In this document: piece by piece, positions 8,631 through 23,461 of the stretch
Numbering within the stretch: the first letter of the stretch is position 1
Layout: every line of letters starts with the position of its first letter
NCBI GenBank assembly: GCA_000025185.1
Contig: CP001848.1
Location: 3,300,001-3,332,000, forward strand
Origin: Pirellula staleyi DSM 6068
Lineage (GTDB): Bacteria; Planctomycetota; Planctomycetia; Pirellulales; Pirellulaceae
DNA: 32,000 nucleotides
Direction: 5' to 3'
Notes under the pieces: generated by a model
The model's input: the letters and a program-made list of their open reading frames with translations, nothing else
The model's database searches: none
Told to the model about the DNA's origin: nothing
Program-made: the position numbers and the translations under genes

Positions 8631-10721
8631 TTACATATCGAACGTCTTGAGAACTTCGGCGGGGGCAGGCTGGTAGGCAAGGGGCTCGATGCTGGCACCG
8701 GCGCGACCTTGGCTGAGTGATCGCATCGCGGAGGAATAGCCGAATAGTTCGCGGAGCGGTGCATGGGCTTCGATCACCGTCATGCGGCCACGGTTTTCGG
8801 TCTTGGAAATCACCGCGCGACGCTGCTGCAGATCCCCCACGAAGTCGCCGAGATAATCTTCTGGTGTCGTGATATCGAGCTTCATGATCGGCTCGAGAAG
8901 CACGCGGCCCCCTTGCTCGAGTCCCTTTTCAAACGCATCGGAAGCGGCGATTTTCATTGCCCGATCGTCGGTCTGCTCGGGGTTCCATTCGCCGGAGAGG
9001 ATCGTCACTTTCAGCTTCATCAGCGGGAAGCCAGCGATGCGTCCACCCCCTTCGCCGAGCGCTTTGAGTTCGTCGAGTGCTGCGGTGAGGAGTTCGGCCG
9101 GAAGCGTATCGGGTGGAACTTGCGTCACAATTGCGACCGGCAAAACCTGTTCAGGAGCCGGCTCCATACGAATCGTCAAACGAGCAAACAGCTGCTGTCC
9201 AGCAATCATGCGATTGCATTCCCCCACGATATCGACGCTGTGCGCAATCGACTCGCGATAGCTCACCTGCGGCTTATGGAACTTCACGTTGAGATTGAAG
9301 TCGCGCAACAGCCGATTCTTGATCACCTCGAGATGCAACTCTCCCATGCCGCTGATGAGCGTTTGTCCCGTCTCGCCACTCACGACACTGAGTGTCGGGT
9401 CTTGTCGCTTGAGCATGTCGAGCGTGTCGTTGAGTTTCTTCCGCTCGGTGCTGTTCTCCGGCTCAATCGCCATCGAGATCACCGTTTCGGGGAACTTGAT
9501 CGACTCGAGCAAAATGGGCTCTTTCGAATCGCACAGCGTATCGCCGGTCACACTTTGGCGAAGGCCGATCACGCCGACGATATCACCACACTCGACCGAT
9601 TCGACTTGCTCTTCTTTTTTCGTCGCGTGGATGTGCCACAGCTGGGCGACGTTCTCTTTCAGGTCCTTGCCTGGATTGAGGACGCGCGAGTTGCTTTTGA
9701 GCGAACCGCTGTAGATGCGGCACCAGTGAATATCGCCCGTTTTGGCGGGAAGCACCTTGAACACGAGCGCCGAGAATGGCTCGTCGGGTTTTGCTTTGCG
9801 GCTGGCAGGCCCCGCCTTCTTCTTTTTGTCGGCAACAGATTCCCCTTCCACCGGCGGCATGTCGGCTGGGCTGGGCAGGTAGTAGCCGACCCCATCGAGC
9901 AGCGGCTGAACACCGATGCCATGCAGCGCGCTGCCGCAAAATACAGGCTGCAGCTCCATTTTGAGTGTGGCTGTGCGGAGTGCGCGGCGGATCATTTCCT
10001 CGGGCAGCGGTTCTTCGGCCAAGGCGAGTTCCATCAGCTCGGTGTCGTGGTTGTAGAGTTTCTCGAGCATCTCATCACGCCACGCCGCCACGTCGCTTTC
10101 CATCTCGGGCGGAACCGGCCCTTCGATCACCGTGCGACCTTCTTTATCGCCCGGGAATGTCAGCATTTTTTGCGAGACGAGGTCGATCACCGCTCGAAAC
10201 GGGTTGGCCACATGGGGTGGACCTTGCCCCACCGGAATCTGCACCACAACGGGATGGGCACCCAGACGCGAGGCCATTTCCGAAACGACCGCTTCGAAAT
10301 CGGCCCCTTCGCGGTCGAGCTTGTTGATGAACGCAATGCGCGGCACTTTGTAGCGATCGGCTTGTCGCCAAACGGTTTCGCTTTGAGCTTCGACCCCTTC
10401 ACGGGCGCTAAACACCACCACAGCACCGTCGAGGACGCGGAGACACCGTTCGACCTCGGCCGTGAAATCGACGTGCCCCGGGGTATCGAGCAAATTGACG
10501 ATCGAGTCCTTCCAGTTGAACGTCACGCAAGCGGCGTAAATCGTGATGCCGCGCTGCTGTTCCTCCGGATCGCTATCAGTCTCGGTGGTTCCCTTGTCGA
10601 CTTCACCAACGCGGTGTTTGGCGCCACTCAGATACAGCATGCGCTCGGTAACCGTGGTCTTGCCTGCGTCGATGTGGGCAATCACGCCGATGTTGCGAAT
10701 CTTCTGGATTTGACGTGCCAT
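8631..10721 (-). CDS. fusA: Elongation factor G family GTPase (divergent EF-G)
   Basis: 696 aa. GTPase motifs AHIDAGKT, RGITI, DTPGHVDF and NKLD are present. The five-domain EF-G layout is present (GMGELHLEV, LLEPIM, ELFGYSSAMRSLSQGRA). It follows rpsL-rpsG. Confidence 0.93.
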   Translation of the reverse strand: MARQIQKIRNIGVIAHIDAGKTTVTERMLYLSGAKHRVGEVDKGTTETDSDPEEQQRGITIYAACVTFNWKDSIVNLLDTPGHVDFTAEVERCLRVLDGAVVVFSAREGVEAQSETVWRQADRYKVPRIAFINKLDREGADFEAVVSEMASRLGAHPVVVQIPVGQGPPHVANPFRAVIDLVSQKMLTFPGDKEGRTVIEGPVPPEMESDVAAWRDEMLEKLYNHDTELMELALAEEPLPEEMIRRALRTATLKMELQPVFCGSALHGIGVQPLLDGVGYYLPSPADMPPVEGESVADKKKKAGPASRKAKPDEPFSALVFKVLPAKTGDIHWCRIYSGSLKSNSRVLNPGKDLKENVAQLWHIHATKKEEQVESVECGDIVGVIGLRQSVTGDTLCDSKEPILLESIKFPETVISMAIEPENSTERKKLNDTLDMLKRQDPTLSVVSGETGQTLISGMGELHLEVIKNRLLRDFNLNVKFHKPQVSYRESIAHSVDIVGECNRMIAGQQLFARLTIRMEPAPEQVLPVAIVTQVPPDTLPAELLTAALDELKALGEGGGRIAGFPLMKLKVTILSGEWNPEQTDDRAMKIAASDAFEKGLEQGGRVLLEPIMKLDITTPEDYLGDFVGDLQQRRAVISKTENRGRMTVIEAHAPLRELFGYSSAMRSLSQGRAGASIEPLAYQPAPAEVLKTFDM

Positions 10722-10844
10722 GGCAGTAGCAATTCTCTACAAGGAAGCAAAGCGGAGGTGATCGCCAAGCGATCTATTTTTGCGTGCAAAGCAAGTTTGC
10801 GACAGGCGGGCTCGATCGGTACGGGAGTCATCCGGCGAGCGCAC

Positions 10845-10876
10845 GAAAAAACCGCGATGGTTTTGAAGCATCGCGG
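10845..10876 (-). terminator. Rho-independent terminator or attenuator between rpsG and fusA
   Basis: The minus-strand RNA reads CCGCGAUG-CUUCAAAAC-CAUCGCGG followed by UUUUUU. That is a perfect 8-bp stem (10852-10859 / 10869-10876) with a U-tract from 10846-10851. Confidence 0.6.
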
Positions 10877-10953
10877 CTGGTGTTAATCGATAAATTACCG
10901 GCAGCGAAGCAGTTAACGGCAACACCAGGGTGCAGCCGCAGAACTGCCGCAAA

Positions 10954-11424
10954 CTACCAAGCGAAGTGAGCGAACGCCTTGTTGGCGTCGGCCATGCGGT
11001 GCACGTTTTCACGCTTGGTGACAGCGGCACCTTCGCGGTTGTAAGCGGCCATCAGCTCTTCGGCGAGCTTCTGGTGGGTGGCACGCCCCTTCTTTTCGCG
11101 AACAGCCGACAGCACCCAGCGGATGGCAAGCGACTGTTGGCGATTACGGTTCACCTGCATCGGGACTTGGTAAGCAGCACCACCGACGCGGCGGCTGCGA
11201 ACTTCCACGTGCGGCTTCACGTTTTCCAGAGCCTGGTGGAACACCTCGATCGGATCGCGGTCTCCCATCTTGGCTTGGATGACGTCGAGCGCATCATAAA
11301 ACACCTGCTGAGCAACGGCCTTTTTGCCGTCGTACATCAAGCAGTTGATGAACTTGCTGGCCAGCACCGACCGGAACTTGGGGTCGGGCTTCAGCTGACT
11401 CGAACTCGCGGTGATTCGTCCCAT
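10954..11424 (-). CDS. rpsG: 30S ribosomal protein S7
   Basis: This is ORF 10954..11487 trimmed to ATG 11422-11424. S7 hallmarks are present: [37 protein letters not shown] terminus. Confidence 0.95.
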   Translation of the reverse strand: MGRITASSSQLKPDPKFRSVLASKFINCLMYDGKKAVAQQVFYDALDVIQAKMGDRDPIEVFHQALENVKPHVEVRSRRVGGAAYQVPMQVNRNRQQSLAIRWVLSAVREKKGRATHQKLAEELMAAYNREGAAVTKRENVHRMADANKAFAHFAW

Positions 11425-11575
11425 GCTCACAATCCAGACAAAAAACGGTAACTGATTTGGAACTTTAGCGGGGTTTCGCTCGAGCAAGATCGCATCGAGC
11501 TATTCCCGAACTGCCAGACCAAACTAGTGGACTAGCAGAGAATTTTGTAGCAGAGCAGTGGCTCGCTCGAGCGAA

Positions 11576-11944
11576 CTACGACTTCTTCGCGCCGTACTTG
11601 CTGCGAGCCTGTTTGCGACCGTTCACTCCCAGCGTATCACGAGCTCCGCGAACCACGTGATAACGCACACCTGGTAGATCGCGAATACGACCACCGCGGA
11701 TGAGCACGATCGAGTGTTCTTGCAGGTTGTGACCTTCGCCTGGAATGTAAACGGTGGTTTCACGACCGTTCGACAAACGCACACGAGCGATCTTTCGCAG
11801 TGCCGAGTTCGGTTTCTTCGGCGTCATCGTACGAACGATTAAGCAGACCCCTTGTTTGAAGGAGCACTTATCGAGCACGGGGCTCTTGCTAAAGGTTCGC
11901 TTATCACGGCGAGGTTTTCGCACAAGTTGATTGATAGTCGGCAT
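11576..11944 (-). CDS. rpsL: 30S ribosomal protein S12
   Basis: The sequence [12 protein letters not shown]...[10 protein letters not shown]...[18 protein letters not shown] is unmistakably S12. Confidence 0.97.
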   Translation of the reverse strand: MPTINQLVRKPRRDKRTFSKSPVLDKCSFKQGVCLIVRTMTPKKPNSALRKIARVRLSNGRETTVYIPGEGHNLQEHSIVLIRGGRIRDLPGVRYHVVRGARDTLGVNGRKQARSKYGAKKS

Positions 11945-12286
11945 TTGCGATTACCGGGCATTAAGTTCTGGCAAGTCGAGAATTCAGCAATTTATCAGTT
12001 TGACGGCGAGTGTCAAGTCGCCCGGCCTCCTCACGCGGCAGGAACTTAGAAGAAGTTTCGCCTTCTAAGTCGCTGCTAGCATCGGACGCCAGCCCCAGGC
12101 CACCATTTCCCATCAAGCTGATCGTATCGGACCGCAAACTCCACTTTGACCAGCAATTCAAGTTGCTAAGGCAAAGCCAAGCCGACTGTTACGTAAGAAC
12201 CAACCTATTTCGCCTCACGCAAGCGGTCTCTTGCGCAAGGTTTTGATCAACAGCCAACCGGTCGAAACCGACTGACGGGCGGCCAA

Positions 12287-15200
12287 CTATTCGCTGGCTG
12301 CCGAACCACCGAGCAAGCTTTCGAGCGACGGAGCAGGCTTGCCCGAGCTCGAAGGTGCCGGTGGCGAGTTTTCCGACGGGGCATCGCTGCCAGCCAGCAG
12401 TGGGAACGCTGTCTCGAGGACTTTGTCCTTCTGTTCGGCCATCGCTTGCAATGCTTCGGGGCGGTAGCGAACTTCCGACTCTTGGAAGTTGCGGAAACCG
12501 GTACCAGCTGGGATCAAGTGCCCCAGGATCACGTTTTCCTTCAGACCCACGAGATGGTCGACCTTGCCAGCGAGTGCTGCTTCGGTGAGCACCTTCGTTG
12601 TTTCCTGGAAGCTCGCAGCCGAGATAAAGCTGCTGCTTTGCACCGCTGCCTTGGTGATACCGAGCAGCTGCGTGCTGGCAGTAGCCGACTTCGGCTTGCT
12701 GCCACGAGCTGCGTCGCCACCAAGCGCCTCGATTTGAGCATTCACTTGCTCGAGTGCTTCCTTCGGAACAATCGAGTCGACAGCGAAATCGCTGTCACCC
12801 TTGTGCGTGATCTTCAGGCACTTCGACAGGTTCGTGTTGACGGCACGGAAGTCGAAGCGGTCCATCACCAAACCTGGCAGGAGGTTCGTGTCACCAGCGC
12901 TCTCGATACGCACCTTGCGGAGCATGCGAGCGATGATGATTTCGATGTGCTTGTCGTTGATATCCACACGTTGGCTGCGATAGACGTTTTGCACTTCGTG
13001 CACGAGGTACTGCTGCAGTGCCTCTTCACCCGAAATACGCAAAATATCGTGAGGCACGAGTGGTCCATCCACCAGGGCCTGACCAGCTTTCACATGGTCG
13101 CCCGAGTGCACGAGGAATCGCTTACCGTGCGGCACCAGATGCTCGCGTTCGATACCGCTTTCGCTGCGGACCACAATCGTACGCTTGCCACGACGCTTCT
13201 CTTGCAGAATCTCGACCACACCGTCGACTTCCGCCATCACGGCAGGGTCTTTCGGTTTGCGAGCTTCGAAAATTTCGGTCACGCGAGGGAGACCACCGGT
13301 GATGTCGGTAATACCAGCCGCTTCGCGAGGCGTCTTGGCGAGAACCGAACCAGCGGAAATCACCTTGCCTTCTTCGACCACCACGTGGGCACGTTCTGGC
13401 AGGTAGTAGACGTCGAGTGGCTTGCCTTCGGAGTCTTCGAGCACGATTTGCGGGTGCAATTCGCCCTTATGATCCATGATCAAGCGACGAGCGTTGCCAC
13501 CGCTATCTTTTTCGATACGGAGGGTTTCGCCTTCCACCACGTCTTCGTAGCGGACCTTACCGGCGACTTCCGAAAGAATCGGAATCGAGTGAGGATCCCA
13601 TTCGCACAGCACTTGGCCAGGCTTCACCACGTCGTTTTCTTTGACGCGGAGAATCGCACCGTTCGGCACGTCGTACTTCTCGAGCTCGCGACCACGTGGG
13701 TCGAGGAGCAGGATTTCGCCGTTCCGGGTGAGAACGATGTTGTTGCCTTCTTCGTTCGCCACAAACCGCATGCGAGTGAACTTGACGATACCTTCCTTCT
13801 TGGCCTTCGTCTCCGACTCTTCGACGCTCGTATTTACCGTACCACCGATGTGGAACGTACGCATCGTCAGCTGAGTACCGGGTTCACCGATCGACTGAGC
13901 GCCGATGATACCGACGGCCATGCCTTCTTCCACCAGCGAACCGGTCGAGAGATCCATGCCGTAGCAGAGGCGGCAAACACCGAGAGGCGCTTCGCAAGTC
14001 ATCGAGCTGCGAACTTGAATTCGCTCGAGGCCGAGGTCTTCGATGCGACGAGCAATTTCTGGTGTCACGAGGTCATTTTCGCGGACGATCACCTCGTCGG
14101 TGATTGGGTTCACGATGCTCTGGCGGCTGACGCGACCGATGATCGCTGCCGAGAGCTTCACTTCCACCTTTTCACCACGGTAAATCACACCCTTGGTGAT
14201 ACCTTGGGTTGTTCCGCAGTCGTGCAGCGTGACCACCACGTTTTGGGCCACGTCGGCGAGCTTACGGGTCAAGTAACCCGAGTCAGCCGTCTTGAGAGCC
14301 GTATCGGCCAGACCCTTACGGGCACCGTGCGTCGAGCTGAAGTACTCGAGTACCGTGAGACCTTCGCGGAAGTTCGACTTAATCGGGGTTTCGATGATTT
14401 CGCCCGTTGGCTTGGCCATCAGACCACGCATACCAGCGAGCTGACGAATCTGTTCGATACCACCACGAGCACCCGAGTCGGCCATCAGGTACACAGGGTT
14501 CACGTAGCCGTTGCCGCCACGATCGTCGGTACGCATCGCTTCACGCATTTCACCCGTGATCGCTTCGCGAGCATGGGTCCAAGTGTCGAGCACCTGGTTG
14601 TAGCGTTCTTTTTCGGTGATGACGCCGCGCTCGTAGAGCTTCTTGTACTTCATCACCGTTTTTTCAGCTTCGGCGATGTGCTTGATCTTCGTGTCCGGTG
14701 TAATCAAGTCGTCGGTCGCGAACGACAGACCGCTGAGGAACGCTTCGCGGAAGCCGAGCTGCATCATGTCGTCGAGCAGGTTAATCGTCGCTTTGCGTCC
14801 GAGCAGCTGATAGCAGTCGGAGATGCAGTTCGCGAGATCGCCCGACTTCATACCCTTGTTGTAGAAGTCCATGCCACGGGGCAGCATCGAGTTGAACAGG
14901 ATGCGTCCGTAGGTGGTCTGCACAATCGCGCCAGGCTTGTGCTTTTCGTCCCCATCGGACTTGAGCTTCTGGTTCTTCGGCAGGCGGACCTTGATCTTGG
15001 CCTGCATTTCGATCTTGCCGTGCGAGAAGGCGAGTTGGGCTTCGGCAGGAGTCGAGAAGATCATTCCCTCCCCCTTACGGCCTGGCAACTCCAAGGTGAT
15101 GTAGTTGCAACCCATAACCGTGTCTTGCGACGGGCTCATGATCGGCTTGCCGTTGCTCGGCGCGAAGACGTTGTTCGTCGACAAGAGCAGCGTGTGAGCT

Positions 15201-16630
15201 TCGACCTGGGCTTCGATCGAAAGTGGCAAGTGCACCGCCATTTGGTCACCGTCGAAGTCGGCGTTGAAGCCTTTGCACGACAGCGGATGGAGGTGAATCG
15301 CGTTACCTTCAACCAGCACAGGCTCGAACGCCATGATACCCATGCGGTGGAGCGTGGGAGCACGGTTGAGCATCACCGGATGGTTCTGGATCGCCGATTC
15401 GAGAATGTCCCAGACTTCCTCGTCCTTGCGCTCTAGCATCTTCTTGGCCGACTTAATGGTGTCGGCGTGGCCGAGCTCTTTCAGCTTGCGAATGATGAAC
15501 GGCTGATAGAGTTCGAGCGCGATCTTTTTGGGCAAACCGCATTGGTGCAGCTTGAGACGCGGACCAACCACAATCACCGAGCGGGCCGAGTAATCGACGC
15601 GCTTACCGAGCAGGTTTTCGCGGAAACGACCCTGCTTACCCTTGATCATGTCGGTGAGCGACTTGAGCGGGCGGTTCGAGCTGCCGAGCACGGGACGCTT
15701 GCAGCGGTTGTTGTCGAACAGAGCGTCGACCGACTGCTGGAGCATACGCTTTTCGTTGCGGATGATCACTTCCGGCGCGTTGAGATCGACCAGCTTACGC
15801 AACCGGTTGTTGCGGTTGATGATGCGGCGATAGAGATCGTTGAGATCGCTTGTCGCAAAGTTGCCGCTATCCAGCAGCACCAGCGGACGAAGATCGGGTG
15901 GAATGACCGGCACGACATCGAGGACCATCCACTCGGGACGGTTATCGCTGTCGCGGATCGATTCCACGATCTTCAGACGATTGATGAGGTCTTTTTTCTT
16001 CTGCTTGCTGTTGGTGGTGGTCAGCTCTTCACGCAGTTCTTCCGACAGCTTGACGAGGTCGAGCGCCGAGAGCAGTTTGCGAACCGCTTCGGCACCCATG
16101 TCGGCGTCGAAAGCACCATCGCCCCACTGTTCGCGAGCGGCGCGGAACTCTTCTTCGGTCAGCAACTGCTGGCGTTCGAGGTCCGTTCCCTTCGGATCGG
16201 TCACCACGTAGTCTTGGAAGTAGATCACCTTCTCGAGACTGGTGGTCTTCATGTCGAGCAAGTTGCCGAGGCGGCTCGGCATTGCCTTGAAGAACCAGAT
16301 GTGCACCACAGGTGCAGCCAGTTCGATGTGCCCCATGCGCTTGCGGCGCACGCGGCTGTGGGTGACTTTCACACCGCAGCGATCGCAAATCATCCCCTTG
16401 TACTTCATGCCGCGATACTTACCGCAAGCACATTCCCAGTCTTTTTCGGGGCCAAAGATGCGTTCGCAAAACAGGCCGTCTTTTTCCGGACGATATGTGC
16501 GGTAGTTGATCGTTTCTGGTTTCTTCACTTCGCCAAAGGACCAGCTGCGGATGTCGTGAGGACGCGCGAGGCTGATCTTTACCGAAGCGTAGTCGTTAAT
16601 GCGGTCGTAAGAGGATTCGCCGATGGTCAT
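12287..16630 (-). CDS. rpoC: DNA-directed RNA polymerase subunit beta'
   Basis: 1447 aa. It has the zinc motif [18 protein letters not shown], the catalytic [16 protein letters not shown] and the trigger-loop region [22 protein letters not shown] lies 9 nt upstream of the ATG. Confidence 0.98.
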   Translation of the reverse strand: MTIGESSYDRINDYASVKISLARPHDIRSWSFGEVKKPETINYRTYRPEKDGLFCERIFGPEKDWECACGKYRGMKYKGMICDRCGVKVTHSRVRRKRMGHIELAAPVVHIWFFKAMPSRLGNLLDMKTTSLEKVIYFQDYVVTDPKGTDLERQQLLTEEEFRAAREQWGDGAFDADMGAEAVRKLLSALDLVKLSEELREELTTTNSKQKKKDLINRLKIVESIRDSDNRPEWMVLDVVPVIPPDLRPLVLLDSGNFATSDLNDLYRRIINRNNRLRKLVDLNAPEVIIRNEKRMLQQSVDALFDNNRCKRPVLGSSNRPLKSLTDMIKGKQGRFRENLLGKRVDYSARSVIVVGPRLKLHQCGLPKKIALELYQPFIIRKLKELGHADTIKSAKKMLERKDEEVWDILESAIQNHPVMLNRAPTLHRMGIMAFEPVLVEGNAIHLHPLSCKGFNADFDGDQMAVHLPLSIEAQVEAHTLLLSTNNVFAPSNGKPIMSPSQDTVMGCNYITLELPGRKGEGMIFSTPAEAQLAFSHGKIEMQAKIKVRLPKNQKLKSDGDEKHKPGAIVQTTYGRILFNSMLPRGMDFYNKGMKSGDLANCISDCYQLLGRKATINLLDDMMQLGFREAFLSGLSFATDDLITPDTKIKHIAEAEKTVMKYKKLYERGVITEKERYNQVLDTWTHAREAITGEMREAMRTDDRGGNGYVNPVYLMADSGARGGIEQIRQLAGMRGLMAKPTGEIIETPIKSNFREGLTVLEYFSSTHGARKGLADTALKTADSGYLTRKLADVAQNVVVTLHDCGTTQGITKGVIYRGEKVEVKLSAAIIGRVSRQSIVNPITDEVIVRENDLVTPEIARRIEDLGLERIQVRSSMTCEAPLGVCRLCYGMDLSTGSLVEEGMAVGIIGAQSIGEPGTQLTMRTFHIGGTVNTSVEESETKAKKEGIVKFTRMRFVANEEGNNIVLTRNGEILLLDPRGRELEKYDVPNGAILRVKENDVVKPGQVLCEWDPHSIPILSEVAGKVRYEDVVEGETLRIEKDSGGNARRLIMDHKGELHPQIVLEDSEGKPLDVYYLPERAHVVVEEGKVISAGSVLAKTPREAAGITDITGGLPRVTEIFEARKPKDPAVMAEVDGVVEILQEKRRGKRTIVVRSESGIEREHLVPHGKRFLVHSGDHVKAGQALVDGPLVPHDILRISGEEALQQYLVHEVQNVYRSQRVDINDKHIEIIIARMLRKVRIESAGDTNLLPGLVMDRFDFRAVNTNLSKCLKITHKGDSDFAVDSIVPKEALEQVNAQIEALGGDAARGSKPKSATASTQLLGITKAAVQSSSFISAASFQETTKVLTEAALAGKVDHLVGLKENVILGHLIPAGTGFRNFQESEVRYRPEALQAMAEQKDKVLETAFPLLAGSDAPSENSPPAPSSSGKPAPSLESLLGGSAASE

Positions 16631-16778
16631 CGAGAACTACTCCTGTTATGTACTAGCCGCCACCGGTGATTCTTGCGGTGACGGCCTAGTTCTATGCGGC
16701 TCTGACTTGATTGCAGGGAAATAACACACACGTTTGCTGCTGCCCGGTTTGCGATTTCGCATCAGGCAGCCGGGCAAA

Positions 16779-20501
<3,723 letters not shown>

Positions 20502-21271
20502 ATGGGCGGATGCTCCGAAAGAAAATAGGAAGGCTGCTGCTCTTGCCGCGATTGTTCTCTACCGAACAGTCATCCATGACCGCCAGCGGATGATGAACCA
20601 CTGTTGCCAACCGATCACTTCACCGGGAAGCGACCAGATCGACCTCGACTTGCAAGCCAAAGCTGCTAAGGACCTGGGGAATTTGCGAAACGATGGGGGA
20701 ACCGACTAATCAACTGCAAACTGAGAGGCAAAAAACTTCGAAAAAAACCGAAGAAATTCACACCTTTCGATCCGTGGAAAAACGACAAACCGCCCGGGCG
20801 AAAGGCAGTAAATGCCCGACCCGCTATGCCGATAATCCTGCTGCTGGGAAGAATTGTCTCGGCTGCCAGAAAGACCATGTCTTCCACGACCAGCCGAAAG
20901 CTTTGCCACGAGGAGCCAAGTTGGTGAGGATCACGCCATCCCCATTGCGTTGACATTCCACGCTTTCACAGAGGGTCCCAGCGGAAACTCTGCGCGCAAT
21001 GCGACCCCGAACCAGTCCTAAAGCGGAATTCCGCTGGATTGGGCGGGGGACTATTGTCAAGTCAATCCTGCCTGCACAACTGTCACGATTACTCGCGACC
21101 GTCGCGTTAAGGTGAACGGAGCCAAATCTGGAACACGCCAGAAGACCCTGCAAAAGCACAGCGGCTTCAGCAAAATCAGGCGAGTCGAATAGCTGGGCAA
21201 AGCCCTCGACTAGACGAAGTTTGAATTCTGTACGATTTTGCGACAAATTACTAGTGGCTGATCACAGAACA

Positions 21272-21322
21272 CCAAAAATCATCCACTTGCCTGCCGGGAT
21301 GTTACCACAGACAGGCAAGTGG
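21272..21322 (-). terminator. Terminator/attenuator-like hairpin downstream of rplL
   Basis: An 11-bp perfect stem pairs ccacttgcctg (21283-21293) with caggcaagtgg (21312-21322), with an 18-nt loop. On the minus-strand RNA it is followed by AUGAUUUUUGG. It sits ~120 nt after the rplL stop, analogous in position to the E. coli rplL-rpoB attenuator. Confidence 0.45.
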
Positions 21323-21441
21323 GGTGATCGTGGGTGCCTAAGATTAGGCAACTAGGTTGATCTCGCAGCCTCGATTGAAAGTGTCGCAGTCTAAGAAGAC
21401 TCGCACTTTCTGCAGCCAATTCGGGGTTACCGAACGACGAA

Positions 21442-21834
21442 CTACTTGAGTTCGACGGTGGCGCCAGCAGCAACGAGTTCGGCCTTGACCTTCTCGGCGT
21501 CTGCCTTCGAAACTTGTTCCTTGATCTTGCCAGGAACGCCTTCGACCAGCTTCTTGGCATCCATCAGCGAGAGACCGGTGAGGTTCTTCACAACCTTCAC
21601 AACGTCCAGCTTCTTGTCGCCGAAAGCGGTGAGGATCACGTCGAATTCGGTCTGCTCAACAGCAGCAGGGGCAGCGCCACCAGCAGCTGGGGCTGCCATC
21701 ATCACACCGCCACCCGAGGCGGGTTCGATGCCATAGGCTTCCTTGATGTAGTCGCTGAGCTCTTTGGCTTGCTTCAGGGTAAGGCCAGCGATCTTGTCGC
21801 CAATTTCTTTAAGTTCGGGAGCAATGTCTGACAT
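21442..21834 (-). CDS. rplL: 50S ribosomal protein L7/L12
   Basis: 130 aa with an Ala/Gly hinge AAPAAGGAAPAA and a C-terminal domain FDVILTAFGDKKLDVVKVVKNLTGLSLMDAKKLVE...VELK. Confidence 0.97.
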   Translation of the reverse strand: MSDIAPELKEIGDKIAGLTLKQAKELSDYIKEAYGIEPASGGGVMMAAPAAGGAAPAAVEQTEFDVILTAFGDKKLDVVKVVKNLTGLSLMDAKKLVEGVPGKIKEQVSKADAEKVKAELVAAGATVELK

Positions 21835-22107
21835 GGCTTTCGCGATCCTTTCTCAATCTCACATAAGGATCAATCGCGGCTGCGAGGTGCGACTGATCTA
21901 ACAAAACAGACTAATTCGAAATTGGTGGCCTCAAGACACTCATCTTGCGAGCTACCTGACTCTAGAAGGAACAACCTTCTAGGGTCGCTATCTGGAAATT
22001 TGCCGGCTGGTAGTTCGTTTTTACTAAGCCAACCGACAGACTCGAGGTGTTCATTTTATGGCAAGCCCGACCGCTTCTTACGGCGAAACTAGGCTGCCAG
22101 TGGCAAA

Positions 22108-22662
22108 CTAAGCACTGGCTTCGGGAGCGGCATCTGCGGCACCCTCTTCGCCTTCCGACTTCTTCTTGATCTGGCTGAGAAGCTTTCCGCCGGGCGAGTT
22201 GAGCTGCGAAAGCAGCTTGGCTCCGGGGCTGAGAATTTGACCAACCAGCATGCTGATCTGCTGGGTGCGGTTAGGCCACTTGCTCACTTCTTCCACCTTT
22301 TCTGGTGAAAGACGTTCGCCGTCCATGACGCCCCCTTTAGGGACGCACTTCTCAAATTCAGGCTTCTTGTGAATCTCCACCATCTCTTTGCAGAGCGAGA
22401 CGAAATCGTCCGAGCCCCACACGATAGCCAGGCTACCTTCACCACCTTCGAAGGCCTTGGCGATAGGCTGACCTTCGGTGGCGCGGAGAGCCAAGCTGCT
22501 CTTCACGACGAGCAAGCGAATGTTCTTGCTGCGGAGTTCTTTGCGGAGGGAATAGGTGTTGGCCGAATTGAGGCCGATCACGTTCACCAGGAGGGCGTCG
22601 TTAACACCACTCAGACGGCTCGAGACGTCGGAGGCGATCAGATTCTTCAGTTGCTTGCTCAC
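22108..22662 (-). CDS. rplJ: 50S ribosomal protein L10
   Basis: 184 aa with a GTG start and AGGTG 6 nt upstream. L10-like sequence is present (LRKELRSKNIRLLVVKSSL). It sits between rplA and rplL. Confidence 0.92.
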   Translation of the reverse strand: MSKQLKNLIASDVSSRLSGVNDALLVNVIGLNSANTYSLRKELRSKNIRLLVVKSSLALRATEGQPIAKAFEGGEGSLAIVWGSDDFVSLCKEMVEIHKKPEFEKCVPKGGVMDGERLSPEKVEEVSKWPNRTQQISMLVGQILSPGAKLLSQLNSPGGKLLSQIKKKSEGEEGAADAAPEASA

Positions 22663-22774
22663 TTGAGCACCTACTAACTAAATAATACTTGTGAACGTTA
22701 AAAGGCCGTATGAAGTTGCGACTTGAAGGTCGAGCCAGCAAGTCGGCAAACTTCCGATTCCAGGACAGACTGAA

Positions 22775-23461
22775 CTAGCTGGCCACCACATGCACGCTGG
22801 GGCTCATCGTGCCGCATAGAGCGATACCCTTGAGGTATTGCCCTTTGCAGGTGTTGGGCTTGAGGCCTTGCACGAAGCTAATGAAAGTCTCGATGTTCTC
22901 TTTGAGCTTGGCAGCGTCGAAGCTCATCTTGCCGACAATCGCGTGGACGATGCCACCGTTATCGTTGCGGAACTCGACCTTACCAGCCTTGTATTCTTTC
23001 ACGACCTTGGCGACGTCGGCGGTCACGGTGCCAGCACGGGGGCTTGGCATCAGACCACGAGGACCAAGCACGCGTCCGAGAGGACCAACCAGGCCCATCA
23101 TATCGGGAGCGGCGATGCAGACGTCGAAATCAGTCCAGCCGTCTTTGATCTTGGCGGCGAGGTCTTCCTGGCCGACGAAATCAGCACCAGCCTCTTGAGC
23201 AGCTTTGGCCAATTCGCCCTTCGCAAACACGGCGACACGCTGAGTACGACCGATACCGTGAGGCAGCACGACCGAACCACGAATGATTTGATCGGCTTGC
23301 TTGGGGTCGATCCCCAGACGCATGTGGATCTCGACCGTTTGGTCGAACTTCGTGTTGTTGAAGGTCTTGATCTTCTCTACGGCAGTCTGCAGTGGGACCA
23401 AGGTCTTCACAGCGGGATTCTTGCCAGCGAGTGCACGGTAGCGTTTTGATTGTTTGGCCAT
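22775..23461 (-). CDS. rplA: 50S ribosomal protein L1
   Basis: 228 aa. L1 motifs are [40 protein letters not shown] and GTV. Confidence 0.96.
   Translation of the reverse strand: MAKQSKRYRALAGKNPAVKTLVPLQTAVEKIKTFNNTKFDQTVEIHMRLGIDPKQADQIIRGSVVLPHGIGRTQRVAVFAKGELAKAAQEAGADFVGQEDLAAKIKDGWTDFDVCIAAPDMMGLVGPLGRVLGPRGLMPSPRAGTVTADVAKVVKEYKAGKVEFRNDNGGIVHAIVGKMSFDAAKLKENIETFISFVQGLKPNTCKGQYLKGIALCGTMSPSVHVVAS

Noticed and set aside
7562-8648. Possible target-site duplication flanking the low-GC gene: cgagcgtctt (7562-7571) against cgaacgtctt (8639-8648)
   Set aside because: It is only a 10-mer with one mismatch, and the right copy lies inside the fusA coding sequence (…LKTFDM). There are no associated inverted repeats, integrase or tRNA. 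Chance is the simplest explanation.
20824-21246. 140-aa minus-strand ORF (plus 20666..20956 and 20693..20953) inside the rplL-rpoB spacer
   Set aside because: It has a TTG start with no Shine-Dalgarno, and several overlapping frames are equally open. The composition is unlike neighbouring genes and there is no recognisable motif. I treat the region as non-coding leader or spacer.
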